From contig OZ241993.1 of assembly GCA_965204575.1 (NCBI GenBank), positions 1,504,001 to 1,568,000 on the forward strand: a stretch of DNA of 64,000 nucleotides. Reading direction: 5' to 3'. Each line of letters opens with the position of its first letter. The stretch's first letter is position 1. The stretch is from an uncultured candidatus Porisulfidus sp. GTDB taxonomy: Bacteria > Pseudomonadota > Gammaproteobacteria > Poriferisulfidales > Poriferisulfidaceae. Below, one piece after another: positions 60,715-64,000 of this stretch. The notes under the pieces are model-generated. The model made no database searches and had not been told where the DNA came from. It was given only the letters and a program-made list of their open reading frames with translations. The translations under genes and the position numbers were made by a program.

Positions 60715-61447
60715 TCCTCACCTCTTTGACCCACTGCCGGTCCGCTTCCTGCTCCAGGATGCGCACCCGGATGCGCGCGAGCAGAACCGTCGAGAAATAA
60801 AGGATGAACACCGTTCCCATGAACAACAGCGGCCAAAGCATGCTGGAATGCGCCGCCGGCTTGTCGAAGCGGGTCACCGTGGCCCCCTGGTGCAAGGTGT
60901 TCCACCATTCCACGGAGTAATGGATAATCGGGATGTTGACGATCCCGGCCAGGGCAAGCACGGCGGCCACCCGCGCGCCCTTGCGAGAGTCCGCGAAAGC
61001 GTTGTGCAGCCCCAGCACGCCAATGTAGAGGAACAGCAGGATCAACTCCGACAGCATGCGGGCATCCCCCCACTGCCACCAGGTTCCCCACATCGGCTTG
61101 CCCCACAGCATGCCGGTGCCCAGCGCCAGCGCCGTGAACCAGGCGCCAAGCACCGCGCATTCGTAGATTGCGACCTCGGCCAGCTTCACGTGCCAGACCA
61201 AAGCGACCAATCCGGCCCCTGCCATCACCGTGTAAACCATCAGCGACAGCCAGGCCGACGGGACATGGACGTAAATGATGCGGTACGCCTCGCCTTGCTG
61301 GTAGTCGGGCGGCGCGACGACCAGTCCCCAATACAGCCCCACGGCAAAACCAAGCGCAGTCAACACGGAAAGCCACGGCAGCCAAGCCCCGGCGACCGAA
61401 TAGAAGTATCGGGATGAGGAAAGTGCTGCAAATCGTTGAAACATCAT
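60707..61447 (-). CDS. ccmC: Heme exporter protein C
   Basis: YVHVP, WGKPMWGTWW.W.DAR, WWNTLHQ. Confidence 0.95.
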   Translation of the reverse strand: MMFQRFAALSSSRYFYSVAGAWLPWLSVLTALGFAVGLYWGLVVAPPDYQQGEAYRIIYVHVPSAWLSLMVYTVMAGAGLVALVWHVKLAEVAIYECAVLGAWFTALALGTGMLWGKPMWGTWWQWGDARMLSELILLFLYIGVLGLHNAFADSRKGARVAAVLALAGIVNIPIIHYSVEWWNTLHQGATVTRFDKPAAHSSMLWPLLFMGTVFILYFSTVLLARIRVRILEQEADRQWVKEVRNG

Positions 61448-61448
61448 C

Positions 61449-62120
61449 TTATTCCTGGCTGACACGCAATGCGGCCGCGGTTGCGAGCGGAGCCAGGCTC
61501 ACGCCCAAAAACAGCAAGCCCGCCAGCAGCAGCAAGGCACCGTCGGCAGGCCGCCCTTCCACTGCCGCGTGCACGGCCCCGGCACCGAACATCAGCACCG
61601 GGATGTAAAGCGGCAGCACGATCAGCGCCAGCAGGACCCCGCCGCGCGGCAGGCCCAGGGTCAGCGCCGCGCCCAGCGCGCCGACCCAGCACAGCACGGG
61701 CATGCCCAGGGCCATCGAGGCGGCCAGCATCCAAAGCGCCTCACCGCGGAGGCCCAGCCATCCGGCCAACACCGGACCGATCAGGATGAGCGGCAGCGAG
61801 ACGATCATCGCATGCGCGATCAGTTTCGCCAGCGCCAGCCAGCCCAATGATACCCCACTGGTCACCCACAACTCGATGCCGCCTTCCTCGAGATCGGCCG
61901 AAAAAAGTGTTCCCTGGGCCAACAGGACCGCCAGCAAGGCGGCGACCCAAAGCAAGGACGGTGCAGCCTGCCCCAACAGGGACAGATCCGCCCCCGCCCC
62001 AAGCGGGAAAAGCAGCATCACCAGGGCATAAAACACGAGCGGTTGCAGTAACTGGCCACGCCGCCGCCAGGCCAGTCGGATCTCGCGCCGGAAAACGGCG
62101 GCAAACGCCCGGCCCATCAT
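61449..62120 (-). CDS. ccmB: Heme exporter protein B
   Basis: LFPLG, LWVAALLA, LPLYIPVL. Confidence 0.93.
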   Translation of the reverse strand: MMGRAFAAVFRREIRLAWRRRGQLLQPLVFYALVMLLFPLGAGADLSLLGQAAPSLLWVAALLAVLLAQGTLFSADLEEGGIELWVTSGVSLGWLALAKLIAHAMIVSLPLILIGPVLAGWLGLRGEALWMLAASMALGMPVLCWVGALGAALTLGLPRGGVLLALIVLPLYIPVLMFGAGAVHAAVEGRPADGALLLLAGLLFLGVSLAPLATAAALRVSQE

Positions 62121-62698
62121 GCGCCGAGCTGCAAGGTCCAGCCCTGCAGGGAGTCCGAAATTTCCCGGTGCGTCGCCATCACGACCGCCCCGCCCCGGTC
62201 CAGTTGCCGGTGCACCTGGGCTTCGAACCAGCCGACCGAGGCCTCGTCCAGCGAGGTCAGAGGTTCATCCAGCAGCCAAAGCCGGCGAGTGCTGAACGCC
62301 AGCCGGGCCAACGCGACGCGACGGGCCTGACCCTCCGACAGGCGCCCGGCACGCGTTTCGGAGAAGGCGCCAAGCCCCACCGCCCCGAGTGCCGCGGCCG
62401 ATGCCCCGGCCTCGTCCCCCTCCAACGCCGCCATGAACTCCAGGTTCTCGCGAGCCGTCAGGCCCGCACTGACCGCCACCCGGTGGCCGGCCCACAGCAC
62501 CGGCTCACGCTCCCCTTGCCAGGCCAATTCTCCCTGTTCAGCCGGCGACAAACCCGCCAGGATCCTCAGCAGCGAAGTCTTGCCGCTGCCGTTGGCGCCG
62601 CGCACCAGCCACAATTGCCCGGCTTCGACCTTGAACGAAAGGTTCTCGAACAAGGACCGCCCGTCGCGGCGACAGCCGAGTCCGCGCACCTCAAGCAT
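62117..62698 (-). CDS. ccmA: Heme export ABC ATPase
   Basis: GANGSGKT, LSEGQARRVALARL, LWLLDEP. Confidence 0.93.
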   Translation of the reverse strand: MLEVRGLGCRRDGRSLFENLSFKVEAGQLWLVRGANGSGKTSLLRILAGLSPAEQGELAWQGEREPVLWAGHRVAVSAGLTARENLEFMAALEGDEAGASAAALGAVGLGAFSETRAGRLSEGQARRVALARLAFSTRRLWLLDEPLTSLDEASVGWFEAQVHRQLDRGGAVVMATHREISDSLQGWTLQLGA

Positions 62699-62748
62699 GT
62701 CTCGCCTCGGTTTTGACAGGCAAAGCGGTTGCCAGTAAAGTGAGTCGT

Positions 62749-63285
62749 ATGTGGAAAACGGTCTCAGCGGCAGCGGCAATCATACTGGTCGCGGTCGGGT
62801 TCGCAGGCTCCATGGGTGCCTCTATGGTACTGGATGCGACCAACACCACGGAATTCTGCACCTCCTGCCACTCCATGCAGTGGAACGAAGCCGAGTGGAT
62901 GGACTCCGTGCATTTCAAGAATGTATCGGGAGTCCGCGCCAGTTGCGCCGATTGCCATGTTCCGCAATCGCTCATCCCCAAGCTCGGCGCCAAACTGATC
63001 GCCGCGCGTGATGTCTGGGGCGAATTGATGGGGAGCATCGACACGGCCGAGAAATTCGAGGCACACCGCTGGCACATGGCCAGCCGGGTCTGGGACCGGA
63101 TGAAGGCCAACGATTCCCGGGAATGCCAAAGCTGCCACACGTACGATGCGATGGACCTAGACGAGCAGGACCGCAGCGCGCGCAAGAAGCATCACAGGGC
63201 TCCGATGCGCGGCAAGACCTGCATCGAGTGCCACAAGGGCGTCGCACACAAAATGCCAAGACGCCCGGTCGCGGCGAAAGACTGA
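62749..63285 (+). CDS. NapC/NirT tetraheme quinol dehydrogenase
   Basis: N-terminal TM; CTSCH, CADCH, CQSCH, CIECH. Confidence 0.92.
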   Translation: MWKTVSAAAAIILVAVGFAGSMGASMVLDATNTTEFCTSCHSMQWNEAEWMDSVHFKNVSGVRASCADCHVPQSLIPKLGAKLIAARDVWGELMGSIDTAEKFEAHRWHMASRVWDRMKANDSRECQSCHTYDAMDLDEQDRSARKKHHRAPMRGKTCIECHKGVAHKMPRRPVAAKD

Positions 63286-63481
63286 TTTTTGAAGGCGGTC
63301 GCCTGCGGAAAACCGACAAAAATTTCACAGATACGAGCCCTTTTCCGGGCAGAAGACCCCCAAACTCCAGCCTTATCCGGTCGGGATTCATCCTGCGTCT
63401 TCGACTGCTTTTCTCTTGTGTTACGATACCCCCCGATATTGCATCTCGGGCGTTCCCGGACCTTTTGCAGGAGGAGACTCA

Positions 63482-64000
63482 ATGCATTCGCAATTCATTT
63501 CTCGAGCCATTCTGACCAGCGCCCTGCTGCTGTCACCTGCCTTGCATGCGGATCAGCATGGAGACGGGGCCTCGATGGCATCGGTCGAGATGCTGACCGG
63601 CGCGTGCGTGGCCTGCCATGGCCCGGCCGGAGCCAGTGTCGGCCCGGCAATACCTTCCCTGGCGGGACTTCCAGCGGTTTACTTCATCGGCGCCATGCTT
63701 TCCTACAAGCACGGCCAGGACCTGGACGCTGCCGAGGCAGAAGCCGCATCCGACCCCGAACTTGAAGACGTGGAGATCTTTGCCCGTCACGGCACGATCA
63801 TGGACCGGCTCGCCTCTGGCTACACCCTGGCCGAGATCAAGACCATGGCCGACTACTTCGCCGGCAAGCCCGTCGCCTTGGCGACCCAGGAATTCGATGC
63901 CGAACTTGCGAGCATGGGCGAGGCCCTGCATGCAGACAATTGCGAGAAATGCCACGAGGAAGGCGGACGATCCACGGTCGACGACATGGTCCCGCTCGCA
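63482..64000 (+). CDS. fccA: Diheme cytochrome c, FccA-like (partial; absent from ORF track)
   Basis: GAGGAG RBS, signal peptide, CVACHG..G.S.GPAIPSLAG, TIM.R.A.GY, CEKCH; runs off window. Confidence 0.75.
   Translation, partial: MHSQFISRAILTSALLLSPALHADQHGDGASMASVEMLTGACVACHGPAGASVGPAIPSLAGLPAVYFIGAMLSYKHGQDLDAAEAEAASDPELEDVEIFARHGTIMDRLASGYTLAEIKTMADYFAGKPVALATQEFDAELASMGEALHADNCEKCHEEGGRSTVDDMVPLA

Overview
Mostly housekeeping chromosomal DNA, apparently from a GC-rich gammaproteobacterium that is probably a sulfur oxidiser (the window ends in an FccA-like cytochrome). In order it carries: fabG'-acpP-fabF-pabC-mltG-tmk-holB; an L,D-transpeptidase/Lpp pair; dusA, gltX, mdh; msrPQ with moeB/mobAB; gltA and sdhCDAB-sdhE; glyA-nrdR-rib-nusB-thiL-pgpA; lolC/E-lolD and exbBD-msbA::lpxK-kdsB; the full ccm operon; napC. 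There are two tRNAs. The strongest non-coding signal is a 28-bp XerCD dif-like site at 8869-8896, where the KOPS motifs (GGGNAGGG) I found and the dominant gene orientation both switch, so the window probably spans the replication terminus. Accessory islets sit between the core operons: three complete toxin-antitoxin pairs (one splitting ccmD from ccmE), two orphan antitoxin-like genes, and an AAA/DUF4143 ATPase behind a triple-repeat palindrome. The best candidate for an undescribed system is a hydrolase plus an atypical NCS2 permease fused to a degenerate GHKL-like domain, with an apparent ATA start. No CRISPR array, integrase or transposase was seen. All calls are by eye from sequence motifs; no searches were run.
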